DNA of 64,000 bases from Clostridiales bacterium. GTDB taxonomy: Bacteria; Bacillota; Desulfotomaculia; Desulfotomaculales; VENG01. This document shows positions 1 through 10,256 of this stretch, piece after piece. Below the pieces are notes generated by a model that ran no database searches, was not told where the DNA came from, and saw only the letters and a list, made by a program, of their open reading frames with translations. The stretch spans positions 37,357 through 101,356 of the forward strand of contig JADQBQ010000017.1 of the NCBI GenBank assembly GCA_016278505.1, written 5' to 3'. The first letter of the stretch is position 1, and every line of letters begins with the position of its first letter. Position numbers and translations under genes: made by a program.

Positions 1-856
1 TGTCCATCATTTTCTCTTCCGCCAAAGTAATGGTATTGGTTACCAGAACTTCCTTAACAGGTGCTTGTGCCAGCCTCTGGATGGCCGGCCCGCTTAGTAC
101 CGGATGTGTGCAGCAAACATATATTTCTTCCGCGCCCCATTCTTTCATGGCCCGCGACCCCTGGTTAATTGTTCCCGCGGTATCAATTATATCATCAATC
201 ATGATAACTTTCTTGCCTCTTACGTTTCCTATTATATTCATTACTTCTGCCACATTAGGTTCAGGTCGCCTTTTATCGATAATAGCTATGGGAGCACCAA
301 TTCGCTCTGCCAGATCCCGGGCCCTGGTCACCCCACCCAGGTCAGGACTTACAACAACAACGTTATCCAATTTCTGCTGCAGGAAATATTCCGCCAGGAT
401 AGGGACACCCGGCAGGTGATCCACCGGTATATCAAAAAAACCTTGAATCTGGCCCGCATGCAAATCCATGGTAACCACGCGCCGGGCACCACTTGCATAT
501 AACAAATTGGCCACTAATTTGGCGGTTATAGGATCCCTGGCCCGGGTTTTTCTGTCCTGCCGGGCATAACCATAATACGGAAGAACAGCGGTAATGCGAC
601 GTGCGGAAGCTCTTCTCACAGCATCCACCATGATCAAAAGTTCCATCAAATTTTCGTTCACAGATTGGGATGTGGACTGAATAATAAATACATCTGCTCC
701 GCGGACACTTTCATTGATTTTAACTTGTATTTCACCGTCGGAAAACCTTTTTACTTTTGATGAACCCAGGGAAACCCCCAGGTATTGTGCTATTTCTTCT
801 GCCAGCGCAACATTGGAATTGCCCGAAAATAATTTTAATCTCTTACGGGAAGACAT
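1..856 (-). CDS. prs: ribose-phosphate pyrophosphokinase (C-terminal end runs off the window)
   Basis: Absent from the ORF track because it is truncated at the window edge. Reverse-strand translation from the ATG at 856 reads [25 protein letters not shown], a typical Prs N-terminus. It lies directly downstream of glmU, as in Bacillus. Confidence 0.9.
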   Translation of the reverse strand, partial: MSSRKRLKLFSGNSNVALAEEIAQYLGVSLGSSKVKRFSDGEIQVKINESVRGADVFIIQSTSQSVNENLMELLIMVDAVRRASARRITAVLPYYGYARQDRKTRARDPITAKLVANLLYASGARRVVTMDLHAGQIQGFFDIPVDHLPGVPILAEYFLQQKLDNVVVVSPDLGGVTRARDLAERIGAPIAIIDKRRPEPNVAEVMNIIGNVRGKKVIMIDDIIDTAGTINQGSRAMKEWGAEEIYVCCTHPVLSGPAIQRLAQAPVKEVLVTNTITLAEEKMMD

Positions 857-891
857 CCTGCGTACCTCCAGTTGTAAGTTCAATGGCCAAG

Positions 892-2262
892 CTAGTCCTT
901 GTTACCATTCCCCGACTTCCACTTATCGTACACTTTCTGCTTGCTTCTGGCCACCCCCAATGCTGCCGGGGGGACATCCTTTGTAATAGTAGACCCTGCA
1001 CCTATAACGGCTTTTTCACCAACACGCACCGGCGCCACCAAATTAGCATTACTACCGATAAACGCACCGTCACCTATGTGAGTAGGATGTTTATTTTTTC
1101 CGTCATAATTACAGGTAATAGTACCTGCTCCCACATTAACATCTTTTCCAACTTCTGAATCTCCTAAATAGGTCAAATGAGGAATTTTACTACCGTCACC
1201 GACAGAAACTTTTTTCATCTCCACAAAATCCCCAACTTTAACACCCTTACCGAGAACACAATCCGGCCGTATGTATGCAAAGGGGCCGACGCTGCTATTA
1301 TCACCCACAATACTGCTATAAACAGTTGACTGTTCCACCTTAACGCAATGGCCTAATTCAACATCAACCAGCCTGGTGGAAGGCCCAATGCTGCAATTCT
1401 CACCGATGACCGTTTTACCTTCTATAATAGTAAAAGGATAAATAATTGTATCCTTCCCTATCTCAACTTTGCTTTCGATATAAGTGTTTTCCGGATCTAC
1501 CACGGTAACGCCGGATAACATAATATCGTTCAAAACTTCTTGGCGCATAATTTTTTCCACGGCCGCTAACTGCTTGCGGTCATTAACACCTAAAATTTCC
1601 CACGGCCTGGCGTCACTTACTGCGGTAACCTTCAAACCCTTTTTCCTATAAAAGTCAATTATATCGGTTAGATAGTATTCTCCCTGTGCGTTATCAGCTT
1701 TGAGACCGGCTAAAGTATCAAAAAGACCGTCTATGGCAAAACAATATATGCCGGTATTCACTTCTTTTACCTCGAGTTCTTCCGGTGTGGCATCCTTTTG
1801 CTCTACAATTTTAGACACATTACCTGAAAAATCTCTTATCACCCTGCCGTACCCGGCTGGTTCTTCCATCATGGATGTAAGCACCGCAGCAGCGGAACCG
1901 GTGCGTACAGATTCATTGACCAGAGTTTGAAGGGTGGAGCATTTAATCAATGGGGTATCACCGCATACCACCAATATTCGTCCTTTAAACCCTTCAAATG
2001 CAGGGCGTGCCTGCATCAGTGCATGAGCTGTACCTAATTGTTCTTTTTGCATAACAGTGACAACCCGGTTTCCCAGTTCCTTTTTTACCTCTTCACCCTT
2101 GTACCCCACCACTACCACCATAATTTGGGCTCCCGCCTCTTCTACGGCATCAATAACGTGGGCAGCCATAGGTTTGCCGCAAACTTTATGTAAAACTTTG
2201 GGCCTTTCCGATTTCATTCTGGTACCTTTTCCCGCAGCCAGCACTACCGCTGCCAGATCCAT
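892..2262 (-). CDS. glmU: bifunctional UDP-N-acetylglucosamine pyrophosphorylase / glucosamine-1-phosphate N-acetyltransferase
   Basis: 456 aa. N-terminal LAAGKGTRM nucleotidyltransferase motif and C-terminal hexapeptide-repeat (left-handed beta-helix) region. spoVG-glmU-prs synteny. Confidence 0.95.
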   Translation of the reverse strand: MDLAAVVLAAGKGTRMKSERPKVLHKVCGKPMAAHVIDAVEEAGAQIMVVVVGYKGEEVKKELGNRVVTVMQKEQLGTAHALMQARPAFEGFKGRILVVCGDTPLIKCSTLQTLVNESVRTGSAAAVLTSMMEEPAGYGRVIRDFSGNVSKIVEQKDATPEELEVKEVNTGIYCFAIDGLFDTLAGLKADNAQGEYYLTDIIDFYRKKGLKVTAVSDARPWEILGVNDRKQLAAVEKIMRQEVLNDIMLSGVTVVDPENTYIESKVEIGKDTIIYPFTIIEGKTVIGENCSIGPSTRLVDVELGHCVKVEQSTVYSSIVGDNSSVGPFAYIRPDCVLGKGVKVGDFVEMKKVSVGDGSKIPHLTYLGDSEVGKDVNVGAGTITCNYDGKNKHPTHIGDGAFIGSNANLVAPVRVGEKAVIGAGSTITKDVPPAALGVARSKQKVYDKWKSGNGNKD

Positions 2263-2450
2263 TTAGGCCCCTCCCTGTTAAAATCTATTATTTAGCACCA
2301 ACCCAAAACCGGCACCTTATTCACTTCCGACCGGGAATTCTCGTTATATAGTGCGCAATTATATCATTTCTCATAAATGCACCAATGAAAATTGTAATTC
2401 TACAAAAAAGACCGTTTCCCTCCAGGCCAAATATATTCTGAATATTAAAT

Positions 2451-2483
2451 AAAAAAGAGAGCTAAAAACGCTCCCTTTTTTTT
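2451..2483 (-). terminator. putative intrinsic terminator downstream of spoVG
   Basis: aaaaaagagagc-taaaaa-cgctccctttttttt: a short imperfect hairpin flanked by A- and T-runs, just after the spoVG stop. Confidence 0.4.
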
Positions 2484-2489
2484 ACCTAA

Positions 2490-2759
2490 TTAAACAGCTG
2501 TTACGGTAGCTGCTTTTTCATAGGCGTCCAGTACTGCCGACTGGATAATCTCCCTGGCGGAGGTATTGATAGGATGGGCAATGTCTCTAAATTCACCGTC
2601 AGGTGTTTTACGGCTGGGCATCGCTACAAATAAACCCTTTTGTCCCTCTACGACTTTTACATCGTGAATAACAAACATATCATTCAGGGTCACTGAAACA
2701 ATAGCCTTCATTTTGCCGTCGGTGAGAATCTTTCGCACTCTAACATCTGTAACGTTCAC
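2490..2759 (-). CDS. spoVG: septation protein SpoVG
   Basis: 89 aa, [11 protein letters not shown]...[22 protein letters not shown] is the conserved SpoVG sequence. Position upstream of glmU. Confidence 0.95.
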   Translation of the reverse strand: MNVTDVRVRKILTDGKMKAIVSVTLNDMFVIHDVKVVEGQKGLFVAMPSRKTPDGEFRDIAHPINTSAREIIQSAVLDAYEKAATVTAV

Positions 2760-2869
2760 CGTCTCACCACCTTTCTAGCCATAAGTTGCCATTTCATCGA
2801 GTAATCCTTCGTCATTAGGATAGAAATTCCTGCAAAAAAACACATCAAAATTAGAAAATTATTCCTTAG

Positions 2870-4084
2870 TTAAAACTCTTTTGTAATGTATCCCCTTTCT
2901 TCCAATGCTTTTTTTATTTGTAGTATATGTTCCTGGTTCCTGGTTTCCAGTATCAAGTCAACCCTGGCTTTTTTTAAAGGTATGCCGAGATTTGTACGAT
3001 CATGAGTAATGCTAATTACATTGCAATTGTGATATGACACCTCTGTCAGCAGCTTTTCCAAACTCCCTGGGGAATCGGGCAGCAGACAGCTGATCCGCAA
3101 ACGCCGGCCATCTTTTATCAGGCCTCTTTCAAGGATCACCGACATCATGTTACTGTCAATATTACCGCCGGAAAGTATTACCGCCACCCTTTGGCCCCGG
3201 CAGACTATTTTATCCTGTAAAACTGCGGCCAGACCGGCCGCTCCCGCACCTTCCACCACCAGTTTGGATCTTTCTAACAGGAGCAGAAGGGCACGAGAGA
3301 TTTCTTCATCATCCACCGTTACCATATCGTCCACATACCGGCAAATTATCTTAAAAGTGTTCCTACCCGGTTCACCTACAGCTATTCCATCGGCTATTGT
3401 ACAGGCTGAAGATACAGTTTTTAATACACCGGCTTTTTTGCTCTCCAGTACGGCAGGTGCTCCCTTTGCCTGGACCCCGATAACCTTTATACCGGTATTT
3501 AATTCCTTGAGAGCATATCCCATACCCGCAATCAGTCCCCCTCCGCCAACAGGTACTACCACCGCATCCAATCCGGGCAATTGTTCCAAAAGCTCAATAG
3601 AAACCGTGCCCTGCCCGGCCATAATCCTATAGTCGTCAAAACCATGGACATACGTGGCACCGGTTTCTTTTTGTAAGCTAACTGCGTGGCGGTAAGCTTC
3701 GTCATAATTATTTCCGGCCAATATCACTTCAGATCCGTAATTAGAGGTGGCCATTATCTTAGCGATGGGAGCTCCCTTGGGCATCACTATAGTTGATTTG
3801 ATCCCCAATCGTGCTGCTGCAAATGCCACTCCCTGAGCATGGTTTCCCGCGGAAGCAGCGATCACTCCCTTTTCTTTTTCTTTTTCCGCCAGGCCGGCAA
3901 TGACATTAAAGGCACCTCTTATCTTAAATGAACCGGTTTTCTGCATATTTTCCAGTTTCAAATAAATGCTGCTGCCCGTCATGCCACTAAAGGTTTCGGA
4001 ATAATCCAGGGGAGTATAATGTGCTATTCCCTTTAGACGTTCCGCGGCCTGCCATATATCATTCAAATTAATAGCTTCATTCAT
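2870..4084 (-). CDS. ilvA: threonine ammonia-lyase (threonine dehydratase), PLP-dependent, with C-terminal ACT-like domain
   Basis: 404 aa. PLP-lysine motif GSFKIRGA, glycine loop VGGGGLIAG, and a C-terminal regulatory domain of about 80 aa. Confidence 0.85.
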   Translation of the reverse strand: MNEAINLNDIWQAAERLKGIAHYTPLDYSETFSGMTGSSIYLKLENMQKTGSFKIRGAFNVIAGLAEKEKEKGVIAASAGNHAQGVAFAAARLGIKSTIVMPKGAPIAKIMATSNYGSEVILAGNNYDEAYRHAVSLQKETGATYVHGFDDYRIMAGQGTVSIELLEQLPGLDAVVVPVGGGGLIAGMGYALKELNTGIKVIGVQAKGAPAVLESKKAGVLKTVSSACTIADGIAVGEPGRNTFKIICRYVDDMVTVDDEEISRALLLLLERSKLVVEGAGAAGLAAVLQDKIVCRGQRVAVILSGGNIDSNMMSVILERGLIKDGRRLRISCLLPDSPGSLEKLLTEVSYHNCNVISITHDRTNLGIPLKKARVDLILETRNQEHILQIKKALEERGYITKEF

Positions 4085-4194
4085 ATTGTTTACCTACTCC
4101 TGACCAGTTAGAAATGGAGTTGGCAATATTTTTTATCAAAAATATACCTTATGGTATTTTTGCCATAATTTAGTTTTTTTATTATGATAAAAAT

Positions 4195-4218
4195 AAAAAC
4201 CCTTAAAAAAGGGTTTTT
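4195..4218 (-). terminator. intrinsic terminator after the nucleotidyltransferase gene
   Basis: aaaaaccctt-aaaa-aagggttttt perfect hairpin with flanking A/T runs at the stop codon (4217). Confidence 0.6.
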
Positions 4219-4975
4219 ATTTTGCTATATTAAGTTTTTTACTTACCAAATCCAAATCACTGGGCTTATCCACATCAATACCCAGCTCGGGATCCATACT
4301 TATCACTACCTGACCCCTTATTCCCAGTAACCGGGAAACCTTTTTTTGCGCTTTTTCCAAAGTAACCGAGCGCATTAAGTAACGTATTAAAAACATGAAT
4401 CCAACCAGCCGGCACAACTTTAAAGGGCTTTTTCTGGCATTAACAATTTCCTGCCCCTTGGGTAAACAACGCCAAACTACAGCGGGGTTGAGCAAAAAAA
4501 CATTACCCCCTGTAAAAAAACCTTCTTTTAGGCTAACATAAGTCCGTTTACTACTGGAAAACCGTCTTTCTACCACTTCCCGTGGCACTATGGGATAATA
4601 AAGATCTGCATCACATCCGGTACACTGGTCCAGGAAATTATCAATGGCTGTTGAGTTTAGCAAGGGGATATCCGAAGTTACCACCAATACCTGCCGGGAT
4701 CCCGGCAACAATTTAAGTCCACATACTACGTTGTCTACTAAATCCTCTTTAGGCTTAATAATGTGCACCTTTTGGCCGGGAAACTTCCCGGCCAGTTCAT
4801 GCTCAGGCCCTACTACCACTATCCTGTTGATGCGTTTTGAAATAAGGAGCGCATCAACAACATGCTCCACCATAGACTTTTTTCCAATGGGGATAAGGGC
4901 CTCATAACGAACGGCACTGCATCTGCTAAGCGCCCCTTCGTTAAGGCTGCCTGCCAGCACCAAGGCGTCAATCAT
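4217..4975 (-). CDS. nucleotidyltransferase-family protein (MobA-like NTP transferase fold)
   Basis: 252 aa. N-terminal ALVLAGS...G...K signature of the GT-A-like NTP-transferase fold. Overlaps the GntR gene by 8 nt, suggesting an operon. Confidence 0.7.
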   Translation of the reverse strand: MIDALVLAGSLNEGALSRCSAVRYEALIPIGKKSMVEHVVDALLISKRINRIVVVGPEHELAGKFPGQKVHIIKPKEDLVDNVVCGLKLLPGSRQVLVVTSDIPLLNSTAIDNFLDQCTGCDADLYYPIVPREVVERRFSSSKRTYVSLKEGFFTGGNVFLLNPAVVWRCLPKGQEIVNARKSPLKLCRLVGFMFLIRYLMRSVTLEKAQKKVSRLLGIRGQVVISMDPELGIDVDKPSDLDLVSKKLNIAK

Positions 4976-5660
4976 TTTGTTCTTCGGCCTCCTGTAATAC
5001 TTTTAAAAAACTTTGTTCAGCGTTTTCAACATGTTCCCGGGCCAGCGCCTGGGCCAATTCCGCATTTCGTTCACCAATGGCATCTACAATATTCTTATGC
5101 TCTGCCACGGCATGTTTAGTACGCCCGGGTACAGCTAAGGAGGTAGTTCTAAAACGCTGTATCTGCTCCTGCAAATGAGTTATCATGGCCACCAAGCGTT
5201 GGTTCCTGCTACTTCGGAAAAGAAGTGCGTGAAAGCTAGCATCTTTTTCTGCTACTACACCTATATTATCTCCCGTACTCACTTCCTGTATTTGAAACAG
5301 GGCTCTTTCCAGTTGATCCAACTCTTCTTCGGTTATTCTCTCAGCGGCCAGCCCGGCGGCTAAAGATTCCAAGGATGCTCTAACTTCAAAAATGTCAATG
5401 ATATCCTTTACGGAGATACCTGAGACATAGGCACCTTTTCGAGGTACCATGACCACAAATCCTTCCAACTCCAGCTTGCGGATAGCTTCCCTTACCGGAG
5501 TTCTGCTTACCCCCATCTGCTCTGCCAATTGGAGTTCCATCAAACGTTCTCCCGGCCTAAGAGTCCCATGTATAATAGCTTCTCTTAAAGACTCAAAAAC
5601 GATTTCCCGCAGGGGTTTATAATTATTAAGTTTAATCGGCACAAGTTTGGGTTTATCCAT
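4968..5660 (-). CDS. GntR-family transcriptional regulator (FadR/FCD subfamily)
   Basis: 230 aa. N-terminal winged HTH (LRPGERLMELQLAEQMGVSRTPVREAIRKLELEGFV) followed by an all-helical FCD-type C-terminal domain. Confidence 0.9.
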   Translation of the reverse strand: MDKPKLVPIKLNNYKPLREIVFESLREAIIHGTLRPGERLMELQLAEQMGVSRTPVREAIRKLELEGFVVMVPRKGAYVSGISVKDIIDIFEVRASLESLAAGLAAERITEEELDQLERALFQIQEVSTGDNIGVVAEKDASFHALLFRSSRNQRLVAMITHLQEQIQRFRTTSLAVPGRTKHAVAEHKNIVDAIGERNAELAQALAREHVENAEQSFLKVLQEAEEQND

Positions 5661-5766
5661 AACCCCCGCCCCCTTCTCCTAATTATTTTAACCTTTATTA
5701 GGTAATTATTGCAAGTATAGAAAATAAGCTCAAAACAACAATGTTTTTTTCTTTAGGTGATCAAGT

Positions 5767-6639
5767 TCACTCTAGTACGGTTTTCGTAACTAAAACAGTC
5801 ATATTATCTTTATTTAAATGCCGTGCCAATTCTTCGGCTTTGTTCTTACTTTCCGTCAAGGCAAAAACAGTTGGCCCGCTACCGCTCATCTGTACCCCTA
5901 ATGCTCCGGCTTGTGTTAACACGCGTTTTATTTGGTGTATTTGGGGATGAAGACTTGCTGTAACCGGCTCAAGAGCATTACCTAAATTGGCGGCAATATT
6001 TTTTATGCTTTTATTATTAATAGCCTCAATCATTAAACCTGTACGGGGCTCCGGCACATAAGAAAGACTGTCAAACATTTTATAAACTTGTGCCGTACTA
6101 ACCCCAAAATGCGGCTTTACCAATACCACTCCCATTGTCGGAGGAGAAGAAAGAGGAATCAACTTATCCCCTTTTCCGGTACCGAGGGCGGTTTTCCCCA
6201 TAATAAAAAATGGGACATCGGCACCGATGTGAGAACCTATCTCCATCAATACATCCGTAGTAAGTCCCAATTCCAAAAAGCGATTCAACCCAACAAGGGC
6301 TGCCGCGGCATTGGAAGACCCACCTCCTAAACCGGCTGCCATGGGAATATTTTTATGTATATGAATATGAACCCCTCTTCCCGGACCGGCATATTTAATC
6401 AAATGTTCGAAAGCCTTGAAGACCAAATTATCATCGCCCAGGGGTATTGCCTTGCTGTTACTGGAAAGAGTTAAACCATAAGTTCCGCCGCGGATTTCCA
6501 ATGTATCGTGAAAATCCAGAGCTTGCATCACCGTTGCAACTTCATGATAGCCATCAGGTAAAGTTCCCAAAACATCCAGTGTAAGATTAATTTTCGCACG
6601 GGCTGTTATCCTAATCAATTTCCCACTCCTAAAAGCCAA
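5767..6639 (-). CDS. ispE: 4-diphosphocytidyl-2-C-methyl-D-erythritol kinase
   Basis: 290 aa. AKINLTLDV start motif and GHMP-kinase loop PMAAGLGGGSSNAAA. Conserved neighbourhood with spoVG/glmU/prs. Confidence 0.95.
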   Translation of the reverse strand: MAFRSGKLIRITARAKINLTLDVLGTLPDGYHEVATVMQALDFHDTLEIRGGTYGLTLSSNSKAIPLGDDNLVFKAFEHLIKYAGPGRGVHIHIHKNIPMAAGLGGGSSNAAAALVGLNRFLELGLTTDVLMEIGSHIGADVPFFIMGKTALGTGKGDKLIPLSSPPTMGVVLVKPHFGVSTAQVYKMFDSLSYVPEPRTGLMIEAINNKSIKNIAANLGNALEPVTASLHPQIHQIKRVLTQAGALGVQMSGSGPTVFALTESKNKAEELARHLNKDNMTVLVTKTVLE

Positions 6640-6789
6640 ATGCCAATTCTATTATCCATTTCCTAAGCAAAACCCTGCAAACGCAAAGCATAGATTCAAT
6701 AATTTTTATGTTTGCCATCTTACGGTTATAGATATTTCTCTCCTTTTAATCTCATAAAAATAAAGAAGTACAACGAAAGGAGTGATTAA

Positions 6790-7350
6790 ATGAAAAGAGA
6801 AGCCGGCACCCGGTTAACAATTAATACCACCCTGCGCCGGTTATACCATTACAGGGGAGGACAACTGGTCAAAGTATACCCCGTAGCGGTGGGAAAAGCA
6901 GCAACGCCCACTCCTACAGGCAATTATAAAATTATTACCAAAATACTTAACCCGGGAGGGGTACTGGGAACAAGGTGGATGGGTATCAGCATACCCGATG
7001 GTAATTATGGCTTACACGGTACGAATAACCCTGCATCTATTGGGACGGCAGCATCCCTGGGCTGTATTAGGATGTATAACCATGACGTGGAAGGGCTGTT
7101 TCCCCAAGTTAATATAGGAACACCTGTACACATAACCAGGGTAACACATGATAGCCAGGAGGAACCGGGTCCTAATGCAACCCAGCCGGCCCCTAAAAAA
7201 AGTAACGTATATATAGTGCAGCCCGGAGACTCCCTGTGGGCAATTGCCAATAAATACAGCATTACCGCAGGAGAGCTGGCAGCTTATAACGATATCAAAA
7301 ACCCGGATTTAATTTATCCGGGCCAAAAAATTATTATCCCGGGATTATGA
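6790..7350 (+). CDS. L,D-transpeptidase (YkuD domain) with C-terminal LysM domain
   Basis: 186 aa. YkuD catalytic motif HGT...SLGCIRM, and C-terminal LysM YIVQPGDSLWAIANKYSITAGELAAYN...IYPGQKIIIP. Confidence 0.9.
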   Translation: MKREAGTRLTINTTLRRLYHYRGGQLVKVYPVAVGKAATPTPTGNYKIITKILNPGGVLGTRWMGISIPDGNYGLHGTNNPASIGTAASLGCIRMYNHDVEGLFPQVNIGTPVHITRVTHDSQEEPGPNATQPAPKKSNVYIVQPGDSLWAIANKYSITAGELAAYNDIKNPDLIYPGQKIIIPGL

Positions 7351-7356
7351 CCCTTT

Positions 7357-8082
7357 ATGACGGAGATATTATTACAAGCACTTATTGCGGGCTTCGGGAC
7401 ATGTCTGGGAGCGGCTGCAGTTCTATGTTTAGGCCACTTGCGGGCTCGTTCGTTAAGTTTCCTTTTAGCCCTAGCCTCCGGCATAATGGGTTCCGTAATA
7501 CTTTTAGATCTATTACCTTCTTCCCTGCGGCTGGGCGGAGCGGTTAGCTGTCTGTTTGGTTTTTTAGCCGGCTTACTTATTATTACCTTTGCCGATTTAT
7601 TAATCAGTAAAATGGAGTTTGCCAATTATTCCAGGCATCCTTCTCTTTTAAGCATGGGTTACCTGATTGCCATAGGTATCGCACTGCATGACCTGCCTGA
7701 AGGACTGGCCATTGCCGCAGGTTTTTCCACACCCGGCTCGGTAGGGCCCATGATTGCCCTTGCCATTGGCCTGCACAACATTCCGGAGGGGATGGCTACC
7801 GCCGCACCCCTGAAAGCTGGAGGCGCCTCGACCCCAAGAATATTAACCCTTAACGCAGCTGTGAGCGTTGTAACGCCCGTAGGGACACTGCTGGGGTTGC
7901 TGGTACTCCAGACCACAGACGCTCTCATATCCATTCTTTTGGCCTTTGCCGCCGGAGCTATGACTTATATTGTTCGGGATAAGTTAATTCCGGTATCCAG
8001 AGGTTACGGGAAAGGTTTTTTTATCCTGGGCCTAACTTTGGGTTTTATTCTTATGTCTTGTGTTAAGCTATTTTTTGAGTAA
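7357..8082 (+). CDS. ZIP-family divalent metal transporter (ZupT-like)
   Basis: 241 aa polytopic membrane protein with HDLPEG and HNIPEG motifs typical of ZIP transporters. Confidence 0.85.
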   Translation: MTEILLQALIAGFGTCLGAAAVLCLGHLRARSLSFLLALASGIMGSVILLDLLPSSLRLGGAVSCLFGFLAGLLIITFADLLISKMEFANYSRHPSLLSMGYLIAIGIALHDLPEGLAIAAGFSTPGSVGPMIALAIGLHNIPEGMATAAPLKAGGASTPRILTLNAAVSVVTPVGTLLGLLVLQTTDALISILLAFAAGAMTYIVRDKLIPVSRGYGKGFFILGLTLGFILMSCVKLFFE

Positions 8083-8520
8083 TAGCCATGCTCCTCCAGC
8101 CATAAGTACTGTTCCCGCCACCCGGTACCAGGTGAAGGGAATCTTATTTAAACCGAAAAGTCCCAGGTGATCCACCAAAGCTGCCGTGAATACTTGTCCC
8201 AGAATAATAGCTGTTGTGGCCACGGCCACGCCTAACGGAGGGATGGCTCGTACCACAGAATAGACTATAATCACTCCCAATACCCCTCCCAAATAATAAT
8301 ACCAAGGGGATTTGAAAATAAAGGTCAGGTTACCATCGCCAAGTCCAAGCACGAATAGAAGGGCACTGACCAGTAAAAGACCAACCACGTGTACAATAAA
8401 AGTGGCTTCCAAAACACCTATTACTTTACCCAGGGCAGAATTGATGCTACCCTGTAAGGCCATAGTTATTCCTGAGCCGGTGGCTATCAAGAGGGCAAAT
8501 AATCGTCCTGTTACGTGCAT
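8068..8520 (-). CDS. DMT-superfamily small membrane transporter (DUF606/YdcZ-like)
   Basis: 150 aa with about 5 predicted TM helices and a glycine-rich hydrophobic profile like YdcZ-family half-transporters. Confidence 0.6.
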   Translation of the reverse strand: MHVTGRLFALLIATGSGITMALQGSINSALGKVIGVLEATFIVHVVGLLLVSALLFVLGLGDGNLTFIFKSPWYYYLGGVLGVIIVYSVVRAIPPLGVAVATTAIILGQVFTAALVDHLGLFGLNKIPFTWYRVAGTVLMAGGAWLLLKK

Positions 8521-8588
8521 GCAGATCCCCCTAAAGTAAACTTGAAGATGGCCGGTTGAATAGCCGGCGGCTTAAGCCCGCCCTTAGG

Positions 8589-8618
8589 AAAAGCAGGCTT
8601 TAGATAAAGCCTGCTTTT
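8589..8618 (-). terminator. intrinsic terminator after the HMA-like gene
   Basis: aaaagcaggcttta-ga-taaagcctgctttt: perfect hairpin followed by a T-run on the minus strand, 2 nt after the stop at 8620. Confidence 0.7.
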
Positions 8619-8619
8619 C

Positions 8620-8844
8620 CTATCTTACCCGGGGAGAATAGCCCAGTGAGTCAAGCGTTCTGGCCAAGAATTCATCTCTTATCACACCCGGGTCATAGCG
8701 TACATTTACGGCACTATCACTTAAGGATACATTCACCTGCTGCACCCCGTCGATTTGGATAAGATTATGTTCGACCTCTTTTTTGCCTTCTTCACTGAAC
8801 AACCCGCCCACCAGGAAAGTTTTTTCGGTGCCAGGGCCTGTCAT
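8620..8844 (-). CDS. HMA-fold (heavy-metal-associated-like) small protein lacking the CxxC metal site
   Basis: 74 aa. ...IDGVQQVNVSLSDSAVNVRYDP...LARTLDSLGY matches the HMA ferredoxin-like pattern, but the position of the MxCxxC loop reads GGLFSEEG. Confidence 0.5.
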   Translation of the reverse strand: MTGPGTEKTFLVGGLFSEEGKKEVEHNLIQIDGVQQVNVSLSDSAVNVRYDPGVIRDEFLARTLDSLGYSPRVR

Positions 8845-8912
8845 TTATTCACCCCTTCCCGAGTCTGTTGATCTTTAATTAAGTTTCCCTTTAAGCATCA
8901 AAATATACTGTA

Positions 8913-9443
8913 TTATCCCTGTTCTTTATCGCCGAAATCCCACTTAATAACCTCCGACTTTTTAGGCTTATCATCCTTACCCCCGGTCTGTTTGCTTTTG
9001 GCCGGTTTTGGGGTTTGAGGTTGGGACACATTCTTCTCCACTTTCATTTTACCGGCTTTTTTTCCCACCGGGGTTTCAACAGCGGGTCTATCTTGTTTGG
9101 CATCTTGAGGATGTGGTTGTTGCGGCATCATACCTCCCCCGGGCATCCCTCCTAAAAAGTTACCCAGCAGTCCCATCAGTGAAGAAAGGTCAAAGCCCTG
9201 TCCCTTTCCCTGATCACTACCTTGGCCCCCACCCAGTAAACTCAACAGCATTGCCGGGTTAAAAGGCAGTTGCCCCAAGGGAGAATTGCTCTGATTAGCC
9301 TTGCCTTCCATCCTGTCTAAGTTACTTACAATACCTAAGAGATTTAATAAAGCCAACATGATTAATGTATTTTTTTCTCCGGTCTCCTTTTGGTATTCTA
9401 CGAGCTTACCCAGTACAGCACCAAGTTCATTCTCATCCAACAT
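8913..9443 (-). CDS. hypothetical protein: N-terminal helical 'LIMLALLNLLG' domain plus G/M/P/Q/K-rich disordered tail
   Basis: The ORF track gives 8913..9488. The ATG at 9443 is preferred because it has the RBS aaagggggg 5 nt upstream. The N-terminus is paralogous to the 10024..10251 and 9569..9958 products. Confidence 0.55.
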   Translation of the reverse strand: MLDENELGAVLGKLVEYQKETGEKNTLIMLALLNLLGIVSNLDRMEGKANQSNSPLGQLPFNPAMLLSLLGGGQGSDQGKGQGFDLSSLMGLLGNFLGGMPGGGMMPQQPHPQDAKQDRPAVETPVGKKAGKMKVEKNVSQPQTPKPAKSKQTGGKDDKPKKSEVIKWDFGDKEQG

Positions 9444-9568
9444 AGTACCCCCCTTTGGAAAAGTCATCATTACCATATACATATTCAAGGTTCGCCAAGA
9501 TTAACCGACATTTGAGACCGCCGCAAGTAACACATTATTTCCCATTGGCATAAAATATCAAAGGAGAA

Positions 9569-9958
9569 TTGAAGGGAGGTTATGATTTGGCTGGTCAACA
9601 ATACAATCCTTTATCTTTCTTAATAATGTTAGGGCTGCTCAGCTTTTCGCCCGTGGAAAATGTTAACAAAGGACTGGAATCTTTGGGTTTTACGCTGGAT
9701 GCTACCGCTAGATCTCTGGAAAACGTTAAAACGGGCATAGATACCCTGGACAGTGGCTTACGACAATTTGCCCAATATAATACAGGCTACGCAAATTTGG
9801 AGTCCACTGATACCCACGGAACTAACTTCAATGATACCGACTTCGCTGGATCTGAATTCAATGCAACAGTAGATCAGAACCATGGCAATTCAGTTTCCTC
9901 AATGCCTGCAGACGCACCGGGACATAAGGGTGAAACTACCAACAGAGAAACGGAATGA
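9569..9958 (+). CDS. hypothetical protein with an 'SFLIMLGLLSF' motif
   Basis: 129-aa ORF. RBS gaagggagg, with a possible TTG start at 9587. Shares the hydrophobic LIML-LL motif with two neighbouring genes. Confidence 0.45.
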   Translation: MKGGYDLAGQQYNPLSFLIMLGLLSFSPVENVNKGLESLGFTLDATARSLENVKTGIDTLDSGLRQFAQYNTGYANLESTDTHGTNFNDTDFAGSEFNATVDQNHGNSVSSMPADAPGHKGETTNRETE

Positions 9959-10023
9959 TAAGCTACGGGAAGTAAAAAGAGGGCTGCCCATAATTAGCGC
10001 AGCCCTCTTTTACCTGTCTTAGG

Positions 10024-10251
10024 TCATCCTTTATTTACGGGCACACGGCCAAAAGGAAGAAGTAAGTCCCCCTGCTTTCTTGCCTGGGGCTTTCCGGACT
10101 CTTCATTGATAAGCTCTATCAGGCCCATCAGGTTAACCATGCTTAAAAGAGCCAGAAAACTTGATGACTCCATGTTCTCCTTATTTTTCAATTCCAACAC
10201 ATTTGATAACAGCGCCTCCATGGCCGGCCGATCAGCTGCCAAAAGGTTCAC
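10024..10251 (-). CDS. small hypothetical protein, paralogous to the N-terminus of the 8913..9443 product
   Basis: 75 aa. AMEALLSNVLELKNKENMESSSFLALLSMVNLMGL aligns with ELGAVLGKLVEYQKETGEKNTLIMLALLNLLGI. Starts 5 nt after the stop of the YbaB paralog. Confidence 0.5.
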   Translation of the reverse strand: MNLLAADRPAMEALLSNVLELKNKENMESSSFLALLSMVNLMGLIELINEESGKPQARKQGDLLLPFGRVPVNKG

Positions 10252-10256
10252 CTCCC

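Noticed and set aside
30-1158. Plus-strand ORFs 30..419, 104..502, 714..986 and 757..1158
   Set aside because: They are antisense shadows of prs and glmU, whose minus-strand products have unmistakable conserved motifs.
2263-2489. Possible regulatory leader (riboswitch or attenuator) upstream of glmU
   Set aside because: A TTGGTG-16-TATAAT promoter-like sequence and a ~100-nt leader are visible. I could not find a convincing conserved structure or terminator/antiterminator pair, and the glmS ribozyme motifs are absent.
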